Origin: Eledone cirrhosa
Lineage: Eukaryota
Length of the DNA stretch: 64,000 bases
NCBI GenBank assembly: GCA_964016885.1
Contig: OZ024747.1
Span: 29,884,001-29,948,000 of the forward strand
Direction of reading: 5' to 3'
Shown here: positions 41,580 to 56,500 of the stretch, one piece after another
Position numbering within the stretch: the first letter of the stretch is position 1
Layout of the letters: every line of letters starts with the position of its first letter
Translations under genes and position numbers: made by a program
Notes under the pieces: generated by a model
What the model saw: only the letters and a program-made list of their open reading frames with translations
Database searches by the model: none
What the model was told of the DNA's origin: nothing

Positions 41580-44500
41580 TATAAACGCATTTTTTCCAAA
41601 TACTGTGTAAAATGATCTATTTGTGAAAAAGCTAAAAAAATCAATTTTAGAAATTGGAAGTAAATATTTCGAAAAGTATAAAAAAATTGATTATTCTAGG
41701 TTCTTCACAAATTGATCATTTTAAACAGTATTTCGAAAAATTATTTTTTTTCCAATAACATTGATTTTTTTCTTTCGAAATATATATTTTCTGATTTCGA
41801 ATATTGATATACATTTTGTATTTTTCAAATATTTTTCAACGTATGTATAAACAATGTATAAACGCATTTTTTTGAAAAAAAACATTTTTTCCAAATACTG
41901 TGTAAATTGATCAATTTGTGAAAAAACCTAAAAAAAATCAATTTTAGAAATCAGAAGTAAATATTTCGAAAAGTGTAAACAAATTGATTATTTTAGGTTT
42001 TTCACAAATTGATCATTTTACACAGTATTTCGAAAAATTGTTTTTTTTCAAAAAAGATTGATTTTTTTTCTTTTGAAATATCTACTTTCTGATTTCGAAA
42101 ATTGTTATATATTTTGTATTTTTAAAAAGTTTTTCAACGTGTCGAAACATAATGTATAAACGCATTTCTTCCAAATACTGTGTAAAATGATCTATTTTTG
42201 AAAAAGCTAAAAAAATCAATTTTAGAAATCGGAAGTAAATATTTCGAAAAGTATAAAAAAATTGATTATTTTAGGTTTTTCACAAATTGATCATTTTAAA
42301 CAGTATTTCGAAAAATTATTTTTTTTCCAAAAACATTGATTTTTTTCTTTCGGAATATATACTTTCTGATTTCGAAAATTGATATATATTTTGTATTTTT
42401 CAAACACAATGTATCAACGCATTTTTTTGAAAAAAAACATTTTTTCCAAATACTGTGTAAAATGATCAATTTGTGAAAAACCTAAAAAAATCAATTTTAG
42501 AAATCAGAAGTAAATATTTCGAAAAGTATAAAAAAATTGATTATTTTAGGTTTTTCACAAATTGATCATTTTACACAGTATTTCGAAAAATTGTTTTTTT
42601 ATCAAAAAAGATTGATTTTTTTTCTTTCGAAATATATAATTTCTGATTTCGAAATTTGATATATATTTTGTATTTTTCAAAAATTTTTCAACGTATTAAA
42701 ACACAATGTATAAACGCATTTTTTTGAAAAAAAACATTTTTTCCAAATACTGTGTAAATTGATCAATTTGTGAAAAAACCTAAAAAAATCAATTTTAGAA
42801 ATCAGAAGTAAATATTTCGAAAAGTATAAAAAAATTGATTATTTTAGGTTTTTCACAAATTGATAATTTTACACAGTATTTCGAAAATTTGTTTTTTTTC
42901 AAAAAAGATTGATTTTTTTTCTATCGAAATATATACTTTCTGATTTCGAAAATTGATATACATTTTGTATTTTTCAAATATTTTTCAACGTATGTATAAA
43001 CAATGTATAAACGCATTTTTTTGAAAAAAAACATTTTTTCCAAATACTGTGTAAATTGATCAATTTGTGAAAAAACCTAAAAAAAATCAATTTTAGAAAT
43101 CAGAAGTAAATATTTCGAAAAGTGTAAACAAATTGATTATTTTAGGTTTTTCACAAATTGATCATTTTACACAGTATTTCGAAAAATTGTTTTTTTTCAA
43201 AAAAGATTGATTTTTTTTCTTTTGAAATATCTACTTTCTGATTTCGAAAATTGTTATATAATTTGTATTTTTAAAAAATTTTTCAGCGTGTATGTATAAA
43301 TGTATAAACGCATTTTTTCCAAATACTGTGTAAAATGATCAATTTGTGAAAAACCTAAAAAAATCAATTTTAGAAATCAGAAGTAAATATTTCGAAAAGT
43401 ATAAAAAAATTGATTATTTTAGGTTTTTCACAAATTGATCATTTTACACAGTATTTCGAAATATTGTTTTTTTACAAAAAACATTGATTTTTTTTCTTTC
43501 GAAATATATACTTTCTGATTTCGAAAATTGATATATATTTTGTATTTTTCAAACACAATGTATAAACGCATTTTTTTGAAAAAAAACATTTTTTCCAAAT
43601 ACTCTGTAAAATGATCAATTTGTGAAAAACCTAAAAAAATCAATTTTAGAAGTCAGAAGTAAATATTTCGAAAAGTATAAAAAAATTGATTATTTTAGGT
43701 TTTTCACAAATTGATAATTTTACACAATATTTCGAAAATTTGTTTTTTTTCAAAAAAGATTGATTTTTTTTTCTTTCGAAATATATACTTTCTGATTTCG
43801 AAAATTGATATACATTTTGTATTTTTCAAATATTTTTCAACGTGTTGAAACACAGTGTATAAACGCATTCTTTTGAAAAAAAAACATTTTTTCCAAATAC
43901 TGTGAAAAAACCTAAAAAAATCAATTTTAGAAATTAGAAGTAAATATTTCGAAAAGTGTAAATAAATTGATTATTTTAGGTTTTTCACAAATTGATCATT
44001 TTACACAGTATTTCGAAAAATTGTTTTTTTTCAAAAAAGATTGATTTTTTTTCTTTTGAAATATCTACTTTCTGATTTCGAAAATTGTTATATATTTTGT
44101 ATTTTTAAAAAATTTTTCAGCGTGTATGTATAAATGTATAAACGCATTTTTTCCAAATACTGTGTAAAATGATCAATTTGTGAAAAACCTAAAAAAATCA
44201 ATTTTAGAAATCAGAAGTAAATATTTCGAAAAGTATAAAAAAATTGATCATTTTAGGTTTTTCACAAATTGATCATTTTACACAGTATTTCGAAAAATTG
44301 TTTTTTTACAAAAAACATTGATTTTTTTTCTTTCGAAATATAGACTTTCTGATTTCGAAAATTGATATATATTTTGTATTTTTCAAACACAATGTATAAA
44401 CGCATTTTTTTGAAAAAAAACATTTTTTCCAAATACTGTGTAAATTGATCAATTTGTGAAAAACCTAAAAAAATCAATTCTAGAAATCAAAAGTAAATAT

Positions 44501-47500
44501 TTCGAAAAGTGTAAACAAATTGATTATTTTAGGTTTTTCACAAATTGATCATTTTACACAGTATTTCGAAAAATTGTTTTTTTTCAAAAAAGACTGATTT
44601 TTTTTCTTTCGAAATATCTACTTTCTGATTTCGAAAATTGTTATATATTTTGTATTTTTAAAAAGTTTTTCAACGTGTCGAAACATAATGTATAAACGCA
44701 TTTTTTCCAAATACTGTGTAAAATGATCTATTTGTGAAAAAGCTAAAAAAATCAATTTTAGAAATTGGAAGTAAATATTTCAAAAAGTATAAAAAAATTG
44801 ATTATTCTAGGTTCTTCACAAATTGATCATTTTAAACAGTATTTCGAAAAATTATTTTTTTTCCAAAAACATTGATTTTTTTCTTTCGAAATATATATTT
44901 TCTGATTTCGAATATTGATATACATTTTGTATTTTTCAAATATTTTTCAACGTATGTATAAACAATGTATAAACGCATTTTTTTGAAAAAAAACATTTTT
45001 TCCAAATACTGTGTAAATTGATCAATTTGTGAAAAAACCTAAAAAAATCAATTTTAGAAATCAGAAGTAAATATTTCGAAAAGTGTAAACAAATTGATTA
45101 TTTTAGGTTTTTCACAAATTGATCATTTTACACAGTATTTCGAAAAATTGTTTTTTTTCAAAAAAGATTGATTTTTTTTCTTTTGAAATATCTACTTTCT
45201 GATTTCGAAAATTGTTATATAATTTGTATTTTTAAAAAATTTTTCAGCGTGTATGTATAAATGTATAAACGCATTTTTTCCAAATACTGTGTAAAATGAT
45301 CAATTTGTGAAAAACCTAAAAAAATCAATTTTAGAAATCAGAAGTAAATATTTCGAAAAGTATAAAAAAATTGATTATTTTAGGTTTTTCACAAATTGAT
45401 CATTTTACACAGTATTTCGAAAAATTGTTTTTTTACAAAAAACATTGATTTTTTTTCTTTCGAAATATATACTTTCTGATTTCGAAAATTGATATATATT
45501 TTGTATTTTTCAAACACAATGTATAAACGCATTTTTTTGAAAAAAAACATTTTTTCCAAATACTCTGTAAAATGATCAATTTGTGAAAAACCTAAAAAAA
45601 TCAATTTTAGAAGTCAGAAGTAAATATTTCGAAAAGTATAAAAAAATTGATTATTTTAGGTTTTTGATAATTTTACACAATATTTCGAAAATTTGTTTTT
45701 TTTCAAAAAAGATTGATTTTTTTTCTATCGAAATATATACTTTCTGATTTCGAAAATTGATATACATTTTGTATTTTTCAACGTGTTGAAACACAGTGTG
45801 TAAACGCATTCTTTTGAAAAAAAAACATTTTTTCCAAATACTGTGAAAAAACCTAAAAAAATCAATTTTAGAAATTAGAAGTAAATATTTCGAAAAGTGT
45901 AAACAAATTGATTATTTTAGGTTTTTCACAAATTGATCATTTTACACAGTATTTCGAAAAATTGTTTTTTTTCAAAAAAGATTGATTTTTTTTCTTTTGA
46001 AATATCTACTTTCTGATTTCGAAAATTGTTATATATTTTGTATTTTTAAAAAGTTTTTCAATGTGTCGAAACATAATGTATAAACGCATTTTTTCCAAAT
46101 ACTGTGTAAAATGATCTATTTGTGAAAAAGCTAAAAAAATCAATTTTAGAAATCGGAAGTAAATATTTCGAAAAGTATAAAAAAATTGATTATTTTAGGT
46201 TTTTCACAAATTGATCATTTTAAACAGTATTTCGAAAAATTATTTTTTTTCCCAAAACATTGATTTTTTTCTTTCGGAATATATACTTTCTGATTTCGAA
46301 AATTGATATATATTTTGTATTTTTCAAACACAATGTATAAACGCATTTTTTTGAAAAAAAACATTTTTTCCAAATACTGTGTAAAATGATCAATTTGTGA
46401 AAAACCTAAAAAAATCAATTTTAGAAATCAGAAGTAAATATTTCGAAAAGTGTAAACAAATTGATTATTTTAGGTTTTTCACAAATTGATCATTTTACAC
46501 AGTATTTCGAAAAATTGTTTTTTTTCAAAAAAGATTGATTTTTTTTCTTTCGAAATATCTACTTTCTGATTTCGAAAATTGTTATATATTTTGTATTTTT
46601 AAAAAATTTTTCAGCGTGTATGTATAAATGTATAAACGCATTTTTTCCAAATACTGTGTAAAATGATCAATTTGTGAAAAACCTAAAAAAATCAATTTTA
46701 GAAATCAGAAGTAAATATTTCGAAAAGTATAAAAAAATTGATTATTTTAGGTTTTTCACAAATTGATCATTTTACACAGTATTTCGAAAAATTGTTTTTT
46801 TACAAAAAACATTGATTTTTTTTCTTTCGAAATATAGACTTTCTGATTTCGAAAATTGTTATATATTTTGTATTTTTAAAAAGTTTTTCAACGTGTCGAA
46901 ACATAATGTATAAACGCATTTCTTCCAAATACTGTGTAAAATGATCTATTTTTGAAAAAGCTAAAAAAATCAATTTTAGAAATCGGAAGTAAATATTTCG
47001 AAAAGTATAAAAAAATTGATTATTTTAGGTTTTTCACAAATTGATCATTTTAAACAGTATTTCGAAAAATTATTTTTTTTCCAAAAACATTGATTTTTTT
47101 CTTTCGGAATATATACTTTCTGATTTCGAAAATTGATATATATTTTGTATTTTTCAAACACAATGTATCAACGCATTTTTTTGAAAAAAAACATTTTTTC
47201 CAAATACTGTGTAAAATGATCAATTTGTGAAAAACCTAAAAAAATCAATTTTAGAAATCAGAAGTAAATATTTCGAAAAGTATAAAAAAATTGATTATTT
47301 TAAGTTTTTCACAAATTGATCATTTTACACAGTATTTCAAAAATTGTTTTTTTATCAAAAAAGATTGATTTTTTTTCTTTCGAAATATATAATTTCTGAT
47401 TTCGAAATTTGATATATATTTTGTATTTTTCAAAAATTTTTCAACGTATTAAAACACAATGTATAAACGCATTTTTTTGAAAAAAAACATTTTTTCCAAA

Positions 47501-50500
47501 TACTGTGTAAAATGATCTATTTGTGAAAAAGCTAAAAAAATCAATTTTAGAAATTGGAAGTAAATATTTCGAAAAGTATAAAAAAATTGATTATTCTAGG
47601 TTCTTCACAAATTGATCATTTTAAACAGTATTTCGAAAAATTATTTTTTTTCCAATAACATTGATTTTTTTCTTTCGAAATATATATTTTCTGATTTCGA
47701 ATATTGATATACATTTTGTATTTTTCAAATATTTTTCAACGTATGTATAAACAATGTATAAACGCATTTTTTTGAAAAAAAACATTTTTTCCAAATACTG
47801 TGTAAATTGATCAATTTGTGAAAAAACCTAAAAAAATCAATTTTAGAAATCAGAAGTAAATATTTCGAAAAGTGTAAACAAATTGATTATTTTAGGTTTT
47901 TCACAAATTGATCATTTTACACAGTATTTCGAAAAATTGTTTTTTTTCAAAAAAGATTGATTTTTTTTCTTTTGAAATATCTACTTTCTGATTTCGAAAA
48001 TTGTTATATATTTTGTATTTTTAAAAAGTTTTTCAACGTGTCGAAACATAATGTATAAACGCATTTCTTCCAAATACTGTGTAAAATGATCTATTTTTGA
48101 AAAAGCTAAAAAAATCAATTTTAGAAATCGGAAGTAAATATTTCGAAAAGTATAAAAAAATTGATTATTTTAGGTTTTTCACAAATTGATCATTTTAAAC
48201 AGTATTTCGAAAAATTATTTTTTTTCCAAAAACATTGATTTTTTTCTTTCGGAATATATACTTTCTGATTTCGAAAATTGATATATATTTTGTATTTTTC
48301 AAACACAATGTATCAACGCATTTTTTTGAAAAAAAACATTTTTTCCAAATACTGTGTAAAATGATCAATTTGTGAAAAACCTAAAAAAATCAATTTTAGA
48401 AATCAGAAGTAAATATTTCGAAAAGTATAAAAAAATTGATTATTTTAGGTTTTTCACAAATTGATCATTTTACACAGTATTTCAAAAATTGTTTTTTTAT
48501 CAAAAAAGATTGATTTTTTTTCTTTCGAAATATATAATTTCTGATTTCGAAATTTGATATATATTTTGTATTTTTCAAAAATTTTTCAACGTATTAAAAC
48601 ACAATGTATAAACGCATTTTTTTGAAAAAAAACATTTTTTCCAAATACTGTGTAAATTGATCAATTTGTGAAAAAACCTAAAAAAATCAATTTTAGAAAT
48701 CAGAAGTAAATATTTCGAAAAGTATAAAAAAATTGATTATTTTAGGTTTTTCACAAATTGATAATTTTACACAGTATTTCGAAAATTTGTTTTTTTTCAA
48801 AAAAGATTGATTTTTTTTCTATCGAAATATATACTTTCTGATTTCGAAAATTGATATACATTTTGTATTTTTCAAATATTTTTCAACGTATGTATAAACA
48901 ATGTATAAACGCATTTTTTTGAAAAAAAACATTTTTTCCAAATACTGTGTAAAATGATCTATTTGTGAAAAAGCTAAAAAAATCAATTTTAGAAATTGGA
49001 AGTAAATATTTCGAAAAGTATAAAAAAATTGATTATTCTAGGTTCTTCACAAATTGATCATTTTAAACAGTATTTCGAAAAATTATTTTTTTTCCAATAA
49101 CATTGATTTTTTTCTTTCGAAATATATATTTTCTGATTTCGAATATTGATATACATTTTGTATTTTTCAAATATTTTTCAACGTATGTATAAACAATGTA
49201 TAAACGCATTTTTTTGAAAAAAAACATTTTTTCCAAATACTGTGTAAATTGATCAATTTGTGAAAAAACCTAAAAAAATCAATTTTAGAAATCAGAAGTA
49301 AATATTTCGAAAAGTGTAAACAAATTGATTATTTTAGGTTTTTCACAAATTGATCATTTTACACAGTATTTCGAAAAATTGTTTTTTTTCAAAAAAGATT
49401 GATTTTTTTTCTTTTGAAATATCTACTTTCTGATTTCGAAAATTGTTATATATTTTGTATTTTTAAAAAGTTTTTCAACGTGTCGAAACATAATGTATAA
49501 ACGCATTTCTTCCAAATACTGTGTAAAATGATCTATTTTTGAAAACGCTAAAAAAATCAATTTTAGAAATCGGAAGTAAATATTTCGAAAAGTATAAAAA
49601 AATTGATTATTTTAGGTTTTTCACAAATTGATCATTTTAAACAGTATTTCGAAAAATTATTTTTTTTCCAAAAACATTGATTTTTTTCTTTCGGAATATA
49701 TACTTTCTGATTTCGAAAATTGATATATATTTTGTATTTTTCAAACACAATGTATCAACGCATTTTTTTGAAAAAAAACATTTTTTCCAAATACTGTGTA
49801 AAATGATCAATTTGTGAAAAACCTAAAAAAATCAATTTTAGAAATCAGAAGTAAATATTTCGAAAAGTATAAAAAAATTGATTATTTTAGGTTTTTCACA
49901 AATTGATCATTTTACACAGTATTTCGAAAAATTGTTTTTTTATCAAAAAAGATTGATTTTTTTTCTTTCGAAATATATAATTTCTGATTTCGAAATTTGA
50001 TATATATTTTGTATTTTTCAAAAATTTTTCAACGTATTAAAACACAATGTATAAACGCATTTTTTTGAAAAAAAACATTTTTTCCAAATACTGTGTAAAT
50101 TGATCAATTTGTGAAAAAACCTAAAAAAATCAATTTTAGAAATCAGAAGTAAATATTTCGAAAAGTATAAAAAAATTGATTATTTTAGGTTTTTCACAAA
50201 TTGATAATTTTACACAGTATTTCGAAAATTTGTTTTTTTTCAAAAAAGATTGATTTTTTTTCTATCGAAATATATACTTTCTGATTTCGAAAATTGATAT
50301 ACATTTTGTATTTTTCAAATATTTTTCAACGTATGTATAAACAATGTATAAACGCATTTTTTTGAAAAAAAACATTTTTTCCAAATACTGTGTAAATTGA
50401 TCAATTTGTGAAAAAACCTAAAAAAAATCAATTTTAGAAATCAGAAGTAAATATTTCGAAAAGTGTAAACAAATTGATTATTTTAGGTTTTTCACAAATT

Positions 50501-53500
50501 GATCATTTTACACAGTATTTCGAAAAATTGTTTTTTTTCAAAAAAGATTGATTTTTTTTCTTTTGAAATATCTACTTTCTGATTTCGAAAATTGTTATAT
50601 AATTTGTATTTTTAAAAAATTTTTCAGCGTGTATGTATAAATGTATAAACGCATTTTTTCCAAATACTGTGTAAAATGATCAATTTGTGAAAAACCTAAA
50701 AAAATCAATTTTAGAAATCAGAAGTAAATATTTCGAAAAGTATAAAAAAATTGATTATTTTAGGTTTTTCACAAATTGATCATTTTACACAGTATTTCTA
50801 AATATTGTTTTTTTACAAAAAACATTGATTTTTTTTCTTTCGAAATATATACTTTCTGATTTCGAAAATTGATATATATTTTGTATTTTTCAAACACAAT
50901 GTATAAACGCATTTTTTTGAAAAAAAACATTTTTTCCAAATACTCTGTAAAATGATCAATTTGTGAAAAACCTAAAAAAATCAATTTTAGAAGTCAGAAG
51001 TAAATATTTCGAAAAGTATAAAAAAATTGATTATTTTAGGTTTTTCACAAATTGATAATTTTACACAATATTTCGAAAATTTGTTTTTTTTCAAAAAAGA
51101 TTGATTTTTTTTCTTTCGAAATATATACTTTCTGATTTCGAAAATTGATATACATTTTGTATTTTTCAAATATTTTTCAACGTGTTGAAACACAGTGTAT
51201 AAACGCATTCTTTTGAAAAAAAAACATTTTTTCCAAATACTGTGAAAAAACCTAAAAAAATCAATTTTAGAAATTAGAAGTAAATATTTCGAAAAGTGTA
51301 AACAAATTGATTATTTTAGGTTTTTCACAAATTGATCATTTTACACAGTATTTCGAAAAATTGTTTTTTTTCAAAAAAGATTGATTTTTTTTCTTTTGAA
51401 ATATCTACTTTCTGATTTCGAAAATTGTTATATATTTTGTATTTTTAAAAAATTTTTCAGCGTGTATGTATAAATGTATAAACGCATTTTTTCCAAATAC
51501 TGTGTAAAATGATCAATTTGTGAAAAACCTAAAAAAATCAATTTTAGAAATCAGAAGTAAATATTTCGAAAAGTATAAAAAAATTGATTATTTTAGGTTT
51601 TTCACAAATTGATCATTTTACACAGTATTTCGAAAAATTGTTTTTTTACAAAAAACATTGATTTTTTTTCTTTCGAAATATAGACTTTCTGATTTCGAAA
51701 ATTGATATATATTTTGTATTTTTCAAACACAATGTATAAACGCATTTTTTTGAAAAAAAACATTTTTTCCAAATACTGTGTAAATTGATCAATTTGTGAA
51801 AAACCTAAAAAAATCAATTCTAGAAATCAAAAGTAAATATTTCGAAAAGTGTAAACAAATTGATTATTTTAGGTTTTTCACAAATTGATCATTTTACACA
51901 GTATTTCGAAAAATTGTTTTTTTTCAAAAAAGACTGATTTTTTTTCTTTCGAAATATCTACTTTCTGATTTCGAAAATTGTTATATATTTTGTATTTTTA
52001 AAAAGTTTTTCAACGTGTCGAAACATAATGTATAAACGCATTTTTTCCAAATACTGTGTAAAATGATCTATTTGTGAAAAAGCTAAAAAAATCAATTTTA
52101 GAAATTGGAAGTAAATATTTCGAAAAGTATAAAAAAATTGATTATTCTAGGTTCTTCACAAATTGATCATTTTAAACAGTATTTCGAAAAATTATTTTTT
52201 TTCCAAAAACATTGATTTTTTTCTTTCGAAATATATATTTTCTGATTTCGAATATTGATATACATTTTGTATTTTTCAAATATTTTTCAACGTATGTATA
52301 AACAATGTATAAACGCATTTTTTTGAAAAAAAACATTTTTTCCAAATACTGTGTAAATTGATCAATTTGTGAAAAAACCTAAAAAAATCAATTTTAGAAA
52401 TCAGAAGTAAATATTTCGAAAAGTGTAAACAAATTGATTATTTTAGGTTTTTCACAAATTGATCATTTTACACAGTATTTCGAAAAATTGTTTTTTTTCA
52501 AAAAAGATTGATTTTTTTTCTTTTGAAATATCTACTTTCTGATTTCGAAAATTGTTATATAATTTGTATTTTTAAAAAATTTTTCAGCGTGTATGTATAA
52601 ATGTATAAACGCATTTTTTCCAAATACTGTGTAAAATGATCAATTTGTGAAAAACCTAAAAAAATCAATTTTAGAAATCAGAAGTAAATATTTCGAAAAG
52701 TATAAAAAAATTGATTATTTTACGTTTTTCACAAATTGATCATTTTACACAGTATTTCGAAAAATTGTTTTTTTACAAAAAACATTGATTTTTTTTCTTT
52801 CGAAATATATACTTTCTGATTTCGAAAATTGATATATATTTTGTATTTTTCAAACACAATGTATAAACGCATTTTTTTGAAAAAAAACATTTTTTCCAAA
52901 TACTCTGTAAAATGATCAATTTGTGAAAAACCTAAAAAAATCAATTTTAGAAGTCAGAAGTAAATATTTCGAAAAGTATAAAAAAATTGATTATTTTAGG
53001 TTTTTGATAATTTTACACAATATTTCGAAAATTTGTTTTTTTTCAAAAAAGATTGATTTTTTTTCTATCGAAATATATACTTTCTGATTTCGAAAATTGA
53101 TATACATTTTGTATTTTTCAACGTGTTGAAACACAGTGTGTAAACGCATTCTTTTGAAAAAAAAACATTTTTTCCAAATACTGTGAAAAAACCTAAAAAA
53201 ATCAATTTTAGAAATTAGAAGTAAATATTTCGAAAAGTGTAAACAAATTGATTATTTTAGGTTTTTCACAAATTGATCATTTTACACAGTATTTCGAAAA
53301 ATTGTTTTTTTTCAAAAAAGATTGATTTTTTTTCTTTTGAAATATCTACTTTCTGATTTCGAAAATTGTTATATATTTTGTATTTTTAAAAAGTTTTTCA
53401 ATGTGTCGAAACATAATGTATAAACGCATTTTTTCCAAATACTGTGTAAAATGATCTATTTGTGAAAAAGCTAAAAAAATCAATTTTAGAAATCGGAAGT

Positions 53501-56500
53501 AAATATTTCGAAAAGTATAAAAAAATTGATTATTTTAGGTTTTTCACAAATTGATCATTTTAAACAGTATTTCGAAAAATTATTTTTTTTCCCAAAACAT
53601 TGATTTTTTTCTTTCGGAATATATACTTTCTGATTTCGAAAATTGATATATATTTTGTATTTTTCAAACACAATGTATAAACGCATTTTTTTGAAAAAAA
53701 ACATTTTTTCCAAATACTGTGTAAAATGATCAATTTGTGAAAAACCTAAAAAAATCAATTTTAGAAATCAGAAGTAAATATTTCGAAAAGTGTAAACAAA
53801 TTGATTATTTTAGGTTTTTCACAAATTGATCATTTTACACAGTATTTCGAAAAATTGTTTTTTTTCAAAAAAGATTGATTTTTTTTCTTTCGAAATATCT
53901 ACTTTCTGATTTCGAAAATTGTTATATATTTTGTATTTTTAAAAAATTTTTCAGCGTGTATGTATAAATGTATAAACGCATTTTTTCCAAATACTGTGTA
54001 AAATGATCAATTTGTGAAAAACCTAAAAAAATCAATTTTAGAAATCAGAAGTAAATATTTCGAAAAGTATAAAAAAATTGATTATTTTAGGTTTTTCACA
54101 AATTGATCATTTTACACAGTATTTCGAAAAATTGTTTTTTTACAAAAAACATTGATTTTTTTTCTTTCGAAATATAGACTTTCTGATTTCGAAAATTGTT
54201 ATATATTTTGTATTTTTAAAAAGTTTTTCAACGTGTCGAAACATAATGTATAAACGCATTTCTTCCAAATACTGTGTAAAATGATCTATTTTTGAAAAAG
54301 CTAAAAAAATCAATTTTAGAAATCGGAAGTAAATATTTCGAAAAGTATAAAAAAATTGATTATTTTAGGTTTTTCACAAATTGATCATTTTAAACAGTAT
54401 TTCGAAAAATTATTTTTTTTCCAAAAACATTGATTTTTTTCTTTCGGAATATATACTTTCTGATTTCGAAAATTGATATATATTTTGTATTTTTCAAACA
54501 CAATGTATCAACGCATTTTTTTGAAAAAAAACATTTTTTCCAAATACTGTGTAAAATGATCAATTTGTGAAAAACCTAAAAAAATCAATTTTAGAAATCA
54601 GAAGTAAATATTTCGAAAAGTATAAAAAAATTGATTATTTTAGGTTTTTCACAAATTGATCATTTTACACAGTATTTCAAAAATTGTTTTTTTATCAAAA
54701 AAGATTGATTTTTTTTCTTTCGAAATATATAATTTCTGATTTCGAAATTTGATATATATTTTGTATTTTTCAAAAATTTTTCAACGTATTAAAACACAAT
54801 GTATAAACGCATTTTTTCCAAATACTGTGTAAAATGATCTATTTGTGAAAAAGCTAAAAAAATCAATTTTAGAAATTGGAAGTAAATATTTCGAAAAGTA
54901 TAAAAAAATTGATTATTCTAGGTTCTTCACAAATTGATCATTTTAAACAGTATTTCGAAAAATTATTTTTTTTCCAATAACATTGATTTTTTTCTTTCGA
55001 AATATATATTTTCTGATTTCGAATATTGATATACATTTTGTATTTTTCAAATATTTTTCAACGTATGTATAAACAATGTATAAACGCATTTTTTTGAAAA
55101 AAAACATTTTTTCCAAATACTGTGTAAATTGATCAATTTGTGAAAAAACCTAAAAAAAATCAATTTTAGAAATCAGAAGTAAATATTTCGAAAAGTGTAA
55201 ACAAATTGATTATTTTAGGTTTTTCACAAATTGATCATTTTACACAGTATTTCGAAAAATTGTTTTTTTTCAAAAAAGATTGATTTTTTTTCTTTTGAAA
55301 TATCTACTTTCTGATTTCGAAAATTGTTATATATTTTGTATTTTTAAAAAGTTTTTCAACGTGTCGAAACATAATGTATAAACGCATTTCTTCCAAATAC
55401 TGTGTAAAATGATCTATTTTTGAAAAAGCTAAAAAAATCAATTTTAGAAATCGGAAGTAAATATTTCGAAAAGTATAAAAAAATTGATTATTTTAGGTTT
55501 TTCACAAATTGATCATTTTAAACAGTATTTCGAAAAATTATTTTTTTTCCAAAAACATTGATTTTTTTCTTTCGGAATATATACTTTCTGATTTCGAAAA
55601 TTGATATATATTTTGTATTTTTCAAACACAATGTATCAACGCATTTTTTTGAAAAAAAACATTTTTTCCAAATACTGTGTAAAATGATCAATTTGTGAAA
55701 AACCTAAAAAAATCAATTTTAGAAATCAGAAGTAAATATTTCGAAAAGTATAAAAAAATTGATTATTTTAGGTTTTTCACAAATTGATCATTTTACACAG
55801 TATTTCGAAAAATTGTTTTTTTATCAAAAAAGATTGATTTTTTTTCTTTCGAAATATATAATTTCTGATTTCGAAATTTGATATATATTTTGTATTTTTC
55901 AAAAATTTTTCAACGTATTAAAACACAATGTATAAACGCATTTTTTTGAAAAAAAACATTTTTTCCAAATACTGTGTAAATTGATCAATTTGTGAAAAAA
56001 CCTAAAAAAATCAATTTTAGAAATCAGAAGTAAATATTTCGAAAAGTATAAAAAAATTGATTATTTTAGGTTTTTCACAAATTGATAATTTTACACAGTA
56101 TTTCGAAAATTTGTTTTTTTTCAAAAAAGATTGATTTTTTTTCTATCGAAATATATACTTTCTGATTTCGAAAATTGATATACATTTTGTATTTTTCAAA
56201 TATTTTTCAACGTATGTATAAACAATGTATAAACGCATTTTTTTGAAAAAAAACATTTTTTCCAAATACTGTGTAAATTGATCAATTTGTGAAAAAACCT
56301 AAAAAAAATCAATTTTAGAAATCAGAAGTAAATATTTCGAAAAGTGTAAACAAATTGATTATTTTAGGTTTTTCACAAATTGATCATTTTACACAGTATT
56401 TCGAAAAATTGTTTTTTTTCAAAAAAGATTGATTTTTTTTCTTTTGAAATATCTACTTTCTGATTTCGAAAATTGTTATATAATTTGTATTTTTAAAAAA

